A stretch of 64,000 bases of DNA from Lama glama (taxonomy: Eukaryota). Location of the stretch: NCBI GenBank assembly GCA_028534125.1, contig CM052817.1:16990001-17054000 (forward strand), read 5' to 3'. Numbering within the stretch: the stretch's first letter is position 1; every line of letters begins with the position of its first letter. Positions 25,201 to 40,200 of this stretch are shown here, in pieces. A program made the translations under genes and the position numbers. Below the pieces are notes generated by a model. It had not been told where the DNA came from. It did no database searches and saw only the letters and a program-made list of their open reading frames with translations.

Positions 25201-28200
25201 TTATGATGTAATTTTGAATAGAGAGAAGTATGCACAAGATCTCAGTTGATCTTTGTCAAGAGGAGGTTAATAAACTAGCAATAAAAGCTTTCTGAAGGAC
25301 AGTTTCGACAAGGCACAAAAAAATACATCAGTGGAGTTTCATTTTATGTTGTTCTTCTTTTCCTTCTTTTAAAATAAACTTAGTGCCTTAAGATAGTCCT
25401 ATATAGTGAGGGAATTGTCACACTAGCTCCTCATTGCTTTGAACTTTCATCTCTTCCTGGTGATTCTGCAGCTTCTCCTGCCTTCGGTTGGCATTGCTTG
25501 GTATGTGACAGGCAGTCCTTTTGTATGCATTTAAGTAACAGGACCTGATACAGCATCATCTATTTGGGGAGCTTCCTTTCTCCTTTTTCCTATAAAGCCC
25601 TTGATTGTTTTCATCATTTATTCAATGATGAAAATTTACTTCTCTAACGTGAAACGTATGCTTCACCTTCATTGCTCTGTTCTGGTTCCTGACTGCATGT
25701 GTGGTAACTTTGTGTTTTGGGACTGGATCATAGGGTAATGGCAGTGACACTCCACTTGTGGTCTGGCTGATGGCAGTTACAAATCACATCTCAATACTGT
25801 AGATGCTAAAATGTGAAAATGTATGCATCTTAGAAGTGATGAAATGGGGTGATTGGATTTTGCTTTGTGATCTAGTCTGACAGGCTTTCTTTTAATGGGT
25901 GGATATAGCCTGTTTTCATAGTGGATATGACGGATATGCTTGGTCTTAGTTTTGTTGTATTATTTTATGCTTTCTGTTTTTATTGCCTCTTTATTCTCTT
26001 TCACGTTCTGGTCTGTGTTTGCTTTTCTTTTTTTAATGTGTGTTTCTTCTATATTTTTGTTCTAATTGTTGCTTTTGTAACTTTTTATACCATATTTAAT
26101 CCGTTTTTTTTAAAAGATTGTCTTCATCTAAAAATGAGAATTGATGACTTAGTATTATTTCTTTTTCCTTTCTCTTTTTTTCTACAATTACTATCCAATT
26201 TTAGTTGATTATTTCTTTTTAGGGTTAACTTTTATGTCTTTCAATAGTGCTTGTAGCTCTTTTGATTTTTCAGTTTTAAATGATATCTTTTGTCCCCTGG
26301 CTCTAAAACATGAGAAAATCAGTATACTTCCACTACCTCCCACTTTCTCTTCCCCTTCTGCTACCACTTTTATTTAGATTTATATTATTTACATTTTGTA
26401 CTCTACCCATAATGCCCATATTTGTTTCTGTTTTTATTCTGTGGTTAAATGGATTTAGTGCTGACTGACAGCCCCTTTGCTGTACTTTCTTCACTTATCT
26501 CCTATTTGCCTGAAATTCATCCTCTAGCAGTCTTAATTTTTTTTAAAGCTTTTACTAATCAAAAAATTTTAAATAAAGATATCTATATGGCTATTGTAAG
26601 ATTCCATTTATATAAAAAATGTATAGCTCATAATGACGTCTTTCCTACGCTGCTTTTTGTTTTCCTCCTAGTTAATAGCAGTTTTGGAATTTTTGCTGTT
26701 AAAGTGCTGTTTGCTTAGTTATTTATGCACTTATCACTGATTCAACTGCAGACTCTGCCAGGATTATTTGAATCCTTTTAGAACATTCAAATGTAGCATC
26801 ATCCATCAGTTTCGTCTTCTTGGAGAAATCTGTCCCAGAGCTTTCAGAAGTGCTCCCATTTGGGATGGTTGTCCTTTCTGCTTGGCATCCAGTTGTTCAG
26901 CAGGTTCTTCATGAAGGATCAAGGTTAGATAACCATATACCCTGAGTTCTTCCAAGTCCATATGTTTGTTTAACTCCTTTGTTGTTTTTTTCTTGAAAGT
27001 TTTTTATTAGCTAACACATGGTAAAAGAACGTACAGTACTTTTAAGTCCATTAAGATACTTTAAAATATACTTAATAGTTCAATGTGTTGATTTAAACTT
27101 TAGGTTCTTAAAACATTTTTTAACAAGTATACTAGTCAAATGTTTCTACTATTAAATCCAATTAATTTAGTTTTTAAAATCAAATCAAATCATCACAAAG
27201 AAACAAACATTCATAGTACTCATTGCTTTGAAATCATAGTTACATGGAGAAGTGAAAATTAAGTTGGGAAACTAGAATACATTTAATAAACTCTTTGATA
27301 AGATTCTCTGGAACAAAACCTCTTCTTTACCTACATTGGTCTTTTTTTTTTCTGGTGGAAATACTCTTTTTTTTGACGAGTTCTGACATGAAGGTATCTT
27401 GTGAAACCATCACCACAATTAAGAATATCATTTCTGCCAGAAGTTTCCTCTTCTGCCATCGTCCTGTATTCCTCTGTCCCCAAACACTGCAGGTAACCAC
27501 TGATCTGCTTTCTGTCACTATAGATTAATTTGCATTTTCTGGAATTTTGTATTAAGGAATTATACAATATATACTATTTTTTGAGGGGAGGTGTGTCTGG
27601 CTTCTTTTACTTGGCATAACTATTTTTGATATTTATCCATGTTGGTTTGTGTATCATTAATTCATTCCTGAATAATATTCTGTTGCCATGATATATTTTC
27701 ACTTGTTTGTAGACACTTAGGTTGCCTCTAGTTATTGCCTATCAAATAAACCATCTATGAACATTTGTGTATAAGTTTTTTTGCAGACTCATGTTTTTAT
27801 TTCTCTTGGGTAATTACCTAGGAGTAGAATGGCTGGATCATATGATAAATACATGCTTAACAGTACAAAACTACCAAGCTGTTTTCCAAAGTAGCTACAT
27901 CATTTTACATTCCCACTAGCAATTTATAAGGGTTCTGGTTTGTCTCCATTCTCCACAATACAATTATCTGTCTTTTTAGTTAATAACCATCGTGGTGGGT
28001 GTGATGTGGTACCACGTTGTTTTGATTTGCATTTCCTTGATGGCTAAAGATGTTGAGCATCTTTCCATGTGCTTATTGGCTATTTGTATATCTTCTTTGG
28101 AGAAAAATGTCTATTCATTTTCTTTGCCATTTTTTAAATTGGGCTAATTGTTTTTATTGTTGAGTTATGAGTTCTTATGTATTGTAGATGCAGTTCCTTT

Positions 28201-31200
28201 ACCAGATATACTGTTGGCAAATATTTTTTCATTCTTGAGTTGTCTTTACATTTTCTTGATGGTATCCTTTGCAACACAAAAGTTTTAAATTTTGATTAAA
28301 TCCAATCTATTTATTTTTCTTTTATTGCTTTTGGTGAGTGTCTTTTGAGGAAAAAAGTTTAAAATTTGGATGTCCAATTTATTGTTGTTTTAAATACTTT
28401 GTGCTTTTTAAGTCCTATTTAAGAAATTCTTGCCAAATTCAATCATTATTTTCTCCTATGTTTTTTTCTAGAAGTTTCATAGTTTTAGCTCTTAGATTTA
28501 GGTTATGATCCATTTTGGCTTAGTTTTTCAATGTGTTATGACATAAGGGTCAGGCTTTTGAACTTCTCCAGCGGCATTTGTTGAAAGTTTTATCCTTTCC
28601 ACATTGAATTGACTTGGCCCCTGATTTAGTTTCCTTTTGTTGCGGTCATAGATCACCACAAACCTGGTAATCAAGTTGGTGGCTTTAAACAACACAGATT
28701 TGTTCTCTTACAGTTCTGGAGGTCCCTAGTTCACAATCAGTCTCACTAGACTGAAGTTGAGCTGTTGGCAGGCGAGGGTGTTTCTTCCGAAGAATCAAGG
28801 GAGAATCTGTCTTCTTGCCTTTTCCAGCTTCCAGAGGCTGCCTATATTTCCTGACTTGTGGCTCCTTTCTTCATCTTCAAAGTACGTCACTTCAGTTTCA
28901 GCTTCTGTCATCTCATTGTCTTCTCCCTAACTTTATACTGCTGCCTTCCTTGAAAGAACCCTTGTGATTACATTGGGCCCATTCAGTTAATACAGGATAA
29001 TCTTCCCATCTCAAGATCATTGACTTAATCACATCTGCAAAGTCCCTTTGGCCAAATTCTTAGGTTCTAGGGATTAGGATATGGGCATCTTTGTGGGGGC
29101 ATTGTTAAGCCTGCTGCAGCACCTTTGTCAAAAGGCTGTTGACCATTTATGTGGGTCTTTTTCTGGATTCTCTGCTCTGTTTTACTGACCCATATGTATA
29201 TTTTTATACAATGATCACATTGTCTTGATTACTGTGAATTTATAGTAAGTTGTCTTGAAATCAGGTAGTGTTGAAAGTCTAATTTTGCTTTCCTTTTTCA
29301 AAGCTGTTTTGGCTGTTCTATATCCTTATCATTTTCATATGAATTTTAGAATCATTTTTTTCAGTATCTACAAAAAGCCCTGCTGGGATTTTAATTGAAA
29401 TTTTGCTGAATTTATAGGTAAAATTCAAGAGAATTGACATCTTAATAATACTGAGATTTCTAGTCCATGGCCAGGGTATATCTCTCCAGTTGCTAAATCA
29501 TCTTTAATTTTTCTCTGTGACATTTTGTAATTTTCAGTGTAGTGGGGTTATGTATCTCTTGTCAGATTTATCCCTAAATATTTTATACTTTTAATGCTGT
29601 TTTAAATTGTTATGTTTCAGATTTCAGTTATTGCTGGTTTGTAATATTGCAATTGATTTTTGTATATTAATCTTTTATCCTTATTAAGCTTACTTACTAG
29701 TCTTAGCAGCTTTTTTGAAGATTTCCTTAGGACTTTCTACATACATGATCATGTTGCCTGTGAATAAAGAGGTTTTAATGTTTCCTTTCTAATCTATGCC
29801 TTTTATTTCTCGCCTTATCAAAGTGGCTAGGATTCCCAGTCAATGTTGAGTAGAAATGTTAAGAATAGGTAGCCTTGCTTTATCTCGGTCTCAGGAGGAA
29901 TGCATTCAGTCTCTCATTAATATGGTGTCAGCTGTAGATTTTTCTTACATGCCCTTTATCAGGTTGTGGAAGTCCCTTTCTGTTTCTAGTTTTTTGAGAA
30001 TCTTTATCACAAATGGATGTTTGATTTCTGTCAAGTGCCTTTTTTTCTGCATCTAATGAGAAGATAATTTTTTTAGACTGTTATATAGTGAATTACACTG
30101 ACTGAATCCAAACATTAAAGCAACTTTGCATTCCTGCGGTCAACTACACTTGATCATGATGTATTACTGCCTTTATGTATGTGTTTTTGATTGACTAAAA
30201 TTTTATTAATTTTGAGTTTGTGTTCATTAAGTATAGTGGTCTTTAGTTTTCTTACAACTTTTTTTTTGGTTTTGGCATTGGAGTAACATTGGCCTAATGA
30301 AATGAATTGGAAATTATACCCTCCTTTCTTTTTTCTGGAAGAATTCATATGGAATTGATATTGCTCCACTGTTTTCTTGTTTCCAGTGAGAAATGTGATA
30401 TCATTCTTTCGTGCTACAACCGAAGAATAATTGTGACAGAACAGATGGCTGGTCAAAAAATATTTACTGTCTGATCCTTTATAGTCCCTTGCTTTTGAAG
30501 GTTTATCCTTTAGCCTTTTGGCAGAACCAGAGCAGCGTTTGGGGTGGGGCTAATTTCTCCCCACTCCTGAGGCTGTCCCTCCAGAGCTCTCCACCTGATG
30601 CTTGTGCACGCGGAGGTGTCTCACTCTGCCCGGCGGTGTTCATCTGCTCCCCCTCGGCGGGTAGTCTTCTCATGCACATGCCAGTCAGTGCTCAGCACAG
30701 GCTGGAGGGGAACCTCAGCAAAGCTCCGAGGCTCCCTCAGTGTCGTGCTCGCCATCTGCCCTCCGCATGCTCTGTGCGTATTGTCTCCCTGCTCTCCCCT
30801 GTGACTCTGGCCTCCCTGGCCACCACCAGTTCTAACTCTGCATGGTCAACTCAGTGTGCTCCATTGGGGTCTCCGTCCTGTGCTGCCGTCTGTCCACAGG
30901 AGGAAGCGGGCAGCTGTTCCACTCATGCCTCTGCTCCCTTCTCTTCTCATTCATGGTTTGAGCTGCCACTTGTCCACACATGCCACATGAAACTGGTTTC
31001 ATATATTATCTGCTTTTTGAGGGCCAGGATGGTAAATCTGGTCTCTGTTGCTGTCTCATGGCTGGATGTGGACATCTTCAACAATGAACAGTTACTAATG
31101 GGCGGTAATAGTAGTAAATTCAGTGTATCTATTGCTGAGGAGGGTACTGGTTTTTTCCACTTGCATTTCATGGCTCTGCTGACATTCTTACTGTGAATTA

Positions 31201-34200
31201 CTACTAAGGTTTCTTCTAATAGCGCTCTCCTTTTTCTTTCCAGTCATAGATAAAGCTGTCAAAAAAACCAGTTATCATAGAAATAGAAACATTTAAATTA
31301 CTGGCACAATAAGCTTATTTCTTGCTGTAGCCCATTCAGAACATCTATTTGTCACTGCCTTCGGTGCTCTGAAGTGAAACTGTGCTTAGATACAAAAAGT
31401 TTTAAAACCCACTTTGATTCTATGTCAAGTTTCCAGTTTTTATAGTGCAGTTCAGAGTTCAGTTCTATGGAAACCATATGACTCTTCTCAAACTCTTAAG
31501 ACTCTTTTAGTGCACTGTTTGACATGCTTAGATGGAGACATTTCTGACCCTTCATGAGCCCTAATAATCTTACTTATTTTCCTTTTGTTTTCTTACTCTG
31601 GTTTCTTAGTTGGTATTACATGTACAAAATCAGTTTTAAAACATTTAAAACTGTGATCATATTCTCTTTTTAATCATCAATAATAAAATGAAAAGAAAAA
31701 AAAAGTAGTGATGTTGAAATCAGATATAAGGGTGACTTGTAAGCGATCAAATAGGGTATCTGGTATCGTATTTTTTTTTAGGCTTTAATTATTATTTTGC
31801 TGTTTTGGGGGTGAGTGTCTCAGAACTGCTTCCATCAGTACTGCTAAGAATAGAGGAACTTTGTAAGAACATTTTTGCTTTTAGGAGGTAATTTTTCTTG
31901 CTAAGTATGCCATAAGAAATTGAAGAATGATCTTAATTTCTCATTTTAAAATGACTGTCTTACCGAGCCAGACTGTTTAACACTTCCAAGTTAGAACACA
32001 TGGATTTGTCAATAAATTTAAAGGTGATAGTAGTCTCCATTACTACTAAGTTGTTTGAGTAATATATTATATTCACATTTTAAATGGATATTGATCTTCA
32101 TCCAGTGACTAAATTGGAGCATCTCAATTCTTATGAAATCGCTGATTCTTTTCCACTTTATAGGTATGCAGCCAGACATAAATTCAAGCCAACATTCCAC
32201 AGATTTTTTTTGGTACCCTTGCTTCTTTACATGGTACTCTTTGGAAAGTAATAATACTTTTTGCATATTAAAACTGTCAAAGATCAATTGTCTTTAAAGC
32301 AACAAACTTAAAATATATCCCTTTGTGTTTTGTGTGTCTTGCAGGTACTTGAAGTTTATTGAGTTGCCCTTGTCTCAGAGGAAGTTTTGTCAAAGATGTC
32401 AGCAGTTGGTACTGCCAGACGACGGGGAGAAGCACCGTGAGCATCAGATAGTGGGTGACGTCTCCATCACCCAGTTAAAAAGGCCCAGTCAGCTCCTCTG
32501 TCCCTTGGAAAACAAGAAGACAAATGCCCAGTATTTGTTTGCTGATAGGAGCTGTCTGTTCTTAGTGGACCTGCTCTCTACCCTTGGGTTCAGAAGAGTA
32601 CTATGTGTTGGAACACCAAGGTATGTTATGTGGTATTTTAAACACTTCTATCACCCCTATTTAAAGGGTAAGAAAATTTATTAAGTAGTTATTTACTATG
32701 TGCAGGGTACAACATGAAGCTTCAAGTGTGCAAAGGAAGCATAAAGCATGGTCCCTCTGTGACAGTTTGTAATCTTTATTCCGTCTGAGAGAAATCCTTA
32801 CAGATTTCTGATATGTGATAGGAGATGCTTTCTGATTTGATTCTTAAGTTGTTTATTATAACTTTAGAATTCTTTGTTTCAGATAAGTTCTACTCTTTAA
32901 AAAAATCTGCAAAATTGAAACGATGCTTATACCTGTCAAATTTTCTTCAGTGTTTCATTGAAATATTAGAAAGATCAGGAGAACATTGGTGGGTTTTTAT
33001 TTGTTTGCTTGTTGTCTGTGGCATTTGTAATTTCTTATTAAATTTGCTTTCACTAATTGCTTTAGGTTGCATGAGCTGATCAGGTTGAAAGCATCAGGTG
33101 ACGAGAAGTCTAACATTAAAAGCCTTTTATTGGATATTGATTTTCGGTAGGTTTACAAAGTATGTTTATTCTCCTTCATTGTCTCCTGTTTCTTTTTAAT
33201 GGCTTCCTCCTGTTCATCCTGTTACAATCCTTTACCCAACATTGAGAAGCAGTAATGTTAACAAGCATCATGTTAATCAGAGAAACTCAACATGGACTCT
33301 TCCATATTTCAGACAGGGAGGCAGTAGGTTGCTCTTTTTTGCTAGTGTGCTTCCTAAATTTTCTCTGTGAATGGGTCCAGCTGTCTTTGGCTTATAATTT
33401 AGAGATACATTTTTATTGAATGAAATTTCTTCTCATATACTTGTTTTTCAAAGATAATTCTGAATTACCTCTAGGATTTTGTTTTGTCATGATGTTTTAA
33501 ATGTGATGACATTTATTTTAATATTTTTACCACATGATGTGCTTTCTGTCTTTCACTGGACATAGCCTGAAGTGAAGAGAGTGCTAACTGTGGAACAGAC
33601 AGGTCCCCAGGCAGAGGATAAGCAAACAGATAGGCTTTCTGGGAGAGGGTCAGAATTAAATGACACCTGATATGTTGGACAAACAGAAGAGACAGCAGAC
33701 CATACCTTGACTCCCCTATGGTGATAATTGAGAAGATACAGGTTTCTGATTTACAACACAGAATGGCAAACGTGTCCATCCATAGACTCTCTGATTCTGT
33801 AAACTTGAAGTACTCTTCCTGGTCTCTGTAATTGTTTGAATTTCAGGAGTTCATGGTGAGTGTGTAAGACACCGTGTTCTTAGTATATTTCACATATTCT
33901 TGAGTGCATTGAAGGAACCATGCTTTGAGTTTCTTTTTATTTAACCTGATAGAGTCTATTTGGGTAATATTCCAATATTTACTGGAGAGAATCTATGAAA
34001 TGATACATACTTTTTCTTCCTAATAACAAGGCAGACAGATTTTTAAAGTGTAAAAATTCACAATAAAAAGTATAGCTTTCATCTTTATTTTTCTTTAGAT
34101 TTCCAAGTAAACTTTAGGTTATCTAAGATAAGCAAGTACATTTCTCAGAAATAAGCCACACTTTCTGTAACTTTCATCTCATATTAACAGAACTAGCACA

Positions 34201-37200
34201 CTTTACAAATACCTGCTTGATGTGAGCGATCCTCAGCGAAATCGAATCCCCTAGGTGATAATACAGACTTCTTCAAGAAAACTCAGTTTCTTTTTTTAAA
34301 TTGAGGTATGATTCGCTTAAAATTTACCATTTTGAAGTGAGTATTTCAGCAGTTTCTGGTATATTCACTAAGTTTTGCGTCCATCCCCCATAATTCCAGA
34401 ACATTTTTAATAACACTGAAAAGAAACTCCTTACTTCCCCTAATAACCCCGCTAATCTGCTTTCTGTCTCCATAGATTTGTCTGTTCTGGTTGTTTTATA
34501 CAAATGGAATCATACAATATGTGACCTCTGTGTCTGGCCTCTTTCACTTAACATAAGGTTTTCAAGGTTCATCCATGTCTTAGCAGATAAGTGTACTTTT
34601 AAAAAATAGCTGTATAATTTTCCATTGTATGAATATGGTAGTTTCTTTTTTTAACTACCACGTGTCTTTCCTAAAATATTATTGTTAAATTATCACAAAT
34701 GTATTATTTTAAAGGTAGAATTTTAACTTTTAGATTCTTTTAATACCATTATTAACAATAACTATTAACAATAACTGAAGTTTAGTGAATGATTGTCATG
34801 TGTCAAACCCTGTTCTAACTTACCTGGTCCTCATAATAGCCCTGTTAGGTAGATGCTATTACCATTCTCCTTCTCCTCAGAGGAGAAAACTGAGGTGCAA
34901 AGACATTAAATAACTTGACCACAGTCACAGTTTATAAATGGCCAGTCAGTCTGGCTCCAAAAATTAAGTTGTCCTCTGGAAATAACCTTGCTTTTGAAAG
35001 TATATATAAGCCTTTCTTATATAGCCCATTTCTTTCTTGTCATCCTTCTAACTTTCCCTTTCTCCATCTACAGCAGTTTTCCAATAAGTTAATAACTGGT
35101 TTCCAGATTATTCATATATTTAGAATAAGGCACTTATGGTAGTCAGGGATCTTTCTTTCATTAGAGGCCTGGACATTTGTTTATGTCAGAGAGCATGTAT
35201 TGGCTCTCGTTACTGGAGTCTAGGATACAGCAGGCTTTAGCCCAGTTGAGATCCTAGCCTCACACAATGTTGTTAAGGCCATAACAGGTATATACCTATG
35301 AATAGAATTGCTTGGTCATACAGTAATTTTATGTTTAACTTCTTGAGGAACTGCCAAACTGTTTTCCAAAGTGATTGCACTGTTTTATATTCCCAACAGC
35401 AATGTAGGAGAGTTCCAGTTTCTCTACATCCTTGTTAACACTGTTGCTGTCTATCTTTTTAAGTCCTGTCTCATTGTGGTTTGTTTTGCATTTTATTAAT
35501 GGCTAATGATGTCGAGTGTCTTTTCATATGCTTATGGCCAATTGTTTATCTTTTTGGAGAAATAGCTATACAATTCTTTGCCCATTGTTTAATAGGTTAT
35601 TTGTCTTATTGTTGAATTGAAAGAGTTCTTAATATATTATGGGTACTGGACCCTTATCAGATACGTGATTTGCAAATATTTTCTCCCATTTTGTGGGTAG
35701 TCTTTTTGCTTTTGATGAAGTCTCTTTTTTCTTTGGTTGTTTGTGTTTTAGGTGTCATATCTAAGAAACTATTATTTAACCCAAAGCCGTGAATATTTAC
35801 ACTTGTTTTTTGTAAGAGTTTTAAATTTTAGCTCTTACATTTAGTTCATTGATTTGAGTTAGTTTTTGCATATGGTATGAGAAAGGGGTCCAACTTCATT
35901 CTCTACATGTGGATATCTGTTGCCATGGTGCCATTTGTTAAAATGATTATTCTTTTCCCATTGAATTCTCTTGGCACCTTATTGAAAACCAAATAATCAT
36001 AAATGTATGGATTTATTTGTAGACTCTCAATTCTATTCCGTTGAACTGTCTGCCCTTATGCCAGTCCCACACAGTCTTGATGATTGTTGTTTCGTAGTAA
36101 GTTTTGAAATTGGGAAATGTGAGTCTTTCAATTTAATTCTTTTCCTAGATTGTTTTGGCTATGGTGGGTTCTTTGCATTTCTGTATGAATTTTAGAATCA
36201 GCTTGTCAATTCTACAAAAAAGCCAGCTGGGGATTTTATAGGGATTGTGTTGAATTTGAAGATCAATTTGGGGAGTATTTACATCTTAATATTAAGTGTT
36301 CTGGTTCATGAATATGAGGTGTCTTTTCATTTATTTAGATCTTCTTTAATTTCTTTAAATAATATTTTGTAGTTTCCAGTGTACAGGTCTTCTTGTACTT
36401 CTTTTGTTAAATTTATTCCTAAACACTTTATTCTTTTTTGTTGCTATTGTAAATTAAATTGTTTTCTTAATTTTATTTTGTTTGTGTTTGTTGTTGTTTT
36501 GGGGGGGATTCATTTTATTTATTTACTTATTTTGATGGAGGTCCTGGGGATTGCTAAGCATACACTCTACCATTGAGCTGTACCCTCTCATCTTAATTTT
36601 ATTTTGTATTGTTCATGGCTGATACCCTGATTTACTTGTTTTTTAAAAAATTGTGATAAGGTACACATAACATAACATTTACTGTTAATTATTTTTAAAG
36701 TGTACTGTTCAGTGAAGTACATTCACATCATTGTGCACCATTCTCTAGAACTCTTTGCATCTTAACTGCTTTACTTCTAATTTGAAAGATTTATATGGCC
36801 CTTTAACTCTTTTGCTTAAATGCTTTGCCTTGTAGTTTTACCTTTTTTGAGCCTGTAGTTGAAATTCCCTGGTCAGAGTAGGGAGTAGGGAATGTGGATG
36901 AAATTCACATGTGGAATACACAGATGCTTTTTTCTTTCCGTGTCTATAAACTTCTGTGTGTGTGTGTTGCAAACAAAAGCTGAAGGTATAGTATTGTGAA
37001 TGTCTTGGCTTAGCTTCTTTGATAGCATACTCTGTTTCTGAGTCAGTTCTGGAAAATCCACATTGGGTGCTAAGAGAGGGCTGGTTTATTGAAATACGTT
37101 AGTAGCCAGGATGAACTCAGTCTGTTGCCTGTATTTACGTTATGATAGAGTGTGGGATGGGTTCAGATTTCTCACAAGGACCATAATTAAATCAGGAAAA

Positions 37201-40200
37201 TTCCTGTGTGGTGTAGAGTGGCAGTGAAGAGTTCCTTTTGGCACTTTGACTTTGGTTTGTTGCCCTGCAAAAGGTCTGTGCAAGGCTGCAGAGAGCTCTC
37301 AACTCCAGTGTTCTATATAGATGCGCTATAAATGTCCTTTTCGGGGGGGTCTAAGATATGAAGTTAGCATTTGCTAAGATGGATTTCTATGTGCTCTAAT
37401 TTTAGCATGAAAGATGTGAAACTGTTTGGTAACTATCATCCAAATAAAGTTATATCAAAAAAATGAATTTCTTAGGTTCATTTCGTGAACTAATTTTATT
37501 CAGCTCTTGATTACATTTCCTGTGTGTAGAACATGTTTCACACTTGGAAACTGACTCTCATTTAAGGAGAATGAATGGCCAAATTAAATGAATGTCCTTT
37601 TGAGCAGTTTTCAAGTGCATGCATTTCTGATTGGTTTTGTTTGCCTTATTCATTGGAGAGAATAATTCTTTGTGGCCGACTTCATTTTAAGAGGATAATT
37701 TTGAGTGATTTTTCATAATTTAAATATGAATAATTTTGCTATCTTGTTTGTGTTTGATGGAAACTTAGAGCTGAAATCTTGGCTTTTTTTTTTCTCTCTG
37801 GCTATGCCCACTGCTGCCCAGAACGTTGGACAGGTGTGCTGTGCTGTGCTGAATTTTATGTAAATAAAATTTTTATTTTTAATTAAAAAAAAAGACTGTT
37901 GTGTCGTGAAGCAGTGAAAAAATGGAGGAGGGTGGAAATATCTTTAAAAAGGAATTATATTTTCCTTGCTCGCACAAAGCAATGCAAGAGATAAGAACAC
38001 CCTCAAATGATAGTTAATCCACAACTGTAGTCGTATTGATATATATATAAATTAAATAATTGCTATAGATATATTATCAGCTATTTAGAATTTTGTTAAA
38101 TAGGAACACTTTTGTTTATTAATGGTAATTGACATTGTCCCACAGTTTTTGGAATGTTCCTTAGATCACAGTATATAGTTTAAATATTTTTCAGTTATCT
38201 AAACCTTCTGTTTATTTCTTTAGAGCACATTTATGTCTTATGAAATCAGCAGGTGTACTAGCAGTACCTTAAATGATATTAAGGGATAGTGTACTGAGAA
38301 TGGCAAACAGCTGTTCTTCCGTCTCCACAGAACAAGAAGAAATGGATTTAGATTATAGGAGGAGAAATGTTGGTTGGACATAAACATAATTCTCTAATAT
38401 TAGAGACATTAAGACATAAATCTTTATGGCTGGTGTTTATTAAAATAATACCTCACATTTCAGTATAAGCTATGCAACTGGCATTGTATTAAGCACTTTA
38501 CGTACATTATCTTATTTATTCTTACCAAATCCTCTGAGGTAGAAACTATTATTTTTCCTATTTTGTAGATGAAGAAACTGAGGCTCAGACAGGTTAAATA
38601 ACTTACTAGGGTTATACAGCTAATAAGTGAAGCGACCCAGAGTTTGAAACCAGACCGCCTGACTGTAGTGCCTGTGCTCTTAGCCACAGTGTAACAGGAC
38701 AGGGATAAACTAGGCTTGTCCACCACGTTAAGTAGTCAGCATGACTGGTGACTCAGTTGTGGACAGTGATGAGTAACTGCAAGTAGAAGTAGCAGCAGAG
38801 AAGAGCCACTGTCATGATTTGGTTGAAGAAGTTGTGTACGGAAGGATGTGTCCCTGATTTTTTTCTGTCTTTCCACTAGATTATGAATTCTGTAGAAGGA
38901 TGATGTGGTTCATATATGAATTGTTTATGACAAAATAATGGAAGTTCAAAATCCTATTGAGATAAAAGGAGTTTCTATATTAGACCAAAAGCTCAGAAAT
39001 CAGCAAGAAAAACATTAAGGCCCAAAGACATAAATGGGGAAAACAGAGACAGACAGTACCAATACAATTAAGGGATAAAGAAAATTCAGTCTTGTAAGAA
39101 ATCAAATAAATGCAAATTTAAGGCATAATGTGGTATGAATTTTGCCTAGTAAATTAGCAAAAATTTATAAAATGTTAATGCCCAAAGCTGGCACTCTCAT
39201 TCATTACTGATTGCATTTTTAAGTAGCATGTTAGAAGAATAAAATGATCCAATCAGTAAATAAATATCTGCTTTCCTGACACTAATTCAGTAAATATGAA
39301 GTGCATATACTTCTTTTTCTTACATATTAAGAAGCATATTTTATTAAGCTAATGTGCGGCAGATAAGAAAAACTCTGTATTAAATACCCTTTTTTGTTAA
39401 CCACAGAAGAAAATAATTAACGGCTCTTGAGCAGAAATGTTGATTCAGTATTTTCCTTAAAATTATTAACTATGAGAGATGTATTTTAATTGCCAACCCA
39501 TCTCAAGCTTAAAGTGCATAATAATCTGTCAGGCATATGATTATTTATGTATGATCTTCTGGTTCTTAGGAACTTGTGTATTTTTTATATATATGAGTAT
39601 TCCGTAGTTTTGCCACTGGCTTATTAAACTTGGGACTATAAATTAAGTTATTCATCCACTATTACTGCCTTATTTATTTATTTATTTTTGGTGTGGGTAG
39701 GTAATTAGGTTTATTTTGTTTTTAGTGGAGATACTGGGGATTGAACTCAGGACCTTGTGCATGCTAAGCATGCACTCTACCACTGAGCTATACCCTTTCT
39801 GCCTTATTACTGACTTCTTAAGATTTGGGGAAAGTATTCTTTATTTCAGATAACTAAAGGATGATGAAATTGATTTCATTAAAAGTGTGATTTCATAGTT
39901 TTAAAATTTGGTTTATATTTATCTACTGCATAGCTATGACTGGACAAGTAACTACAGTAATAAATTATTTTACAGGTATTCACAGTTTTATATGGAAGAT
40001 AGTTTTTGCCATTATAACATGTTTAACCATCACTTCTTTGATGGAAAGGTAAGAATTATGACCATTTTCTCTCTTTTTTTATTGTGTTTCCTTCATTGTT
40101 TTTCTGGAATCCCTCAAGAACAAATGGTGGCTGTCCCACCATCTATTAATATTTATTTTTGTTTATTCACTGACTGTGTATGGAACATCTAAAGGTGGTC

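Noticed and set aside
30411..31196. Longest ORF in the track (261 aa, +)
   Set aside because: Non-ATG start, Ser/Pro/Cys/Leu-rich with no recognisable domain; overlaps the antisense 5' end of an old L1M inside intron 3.
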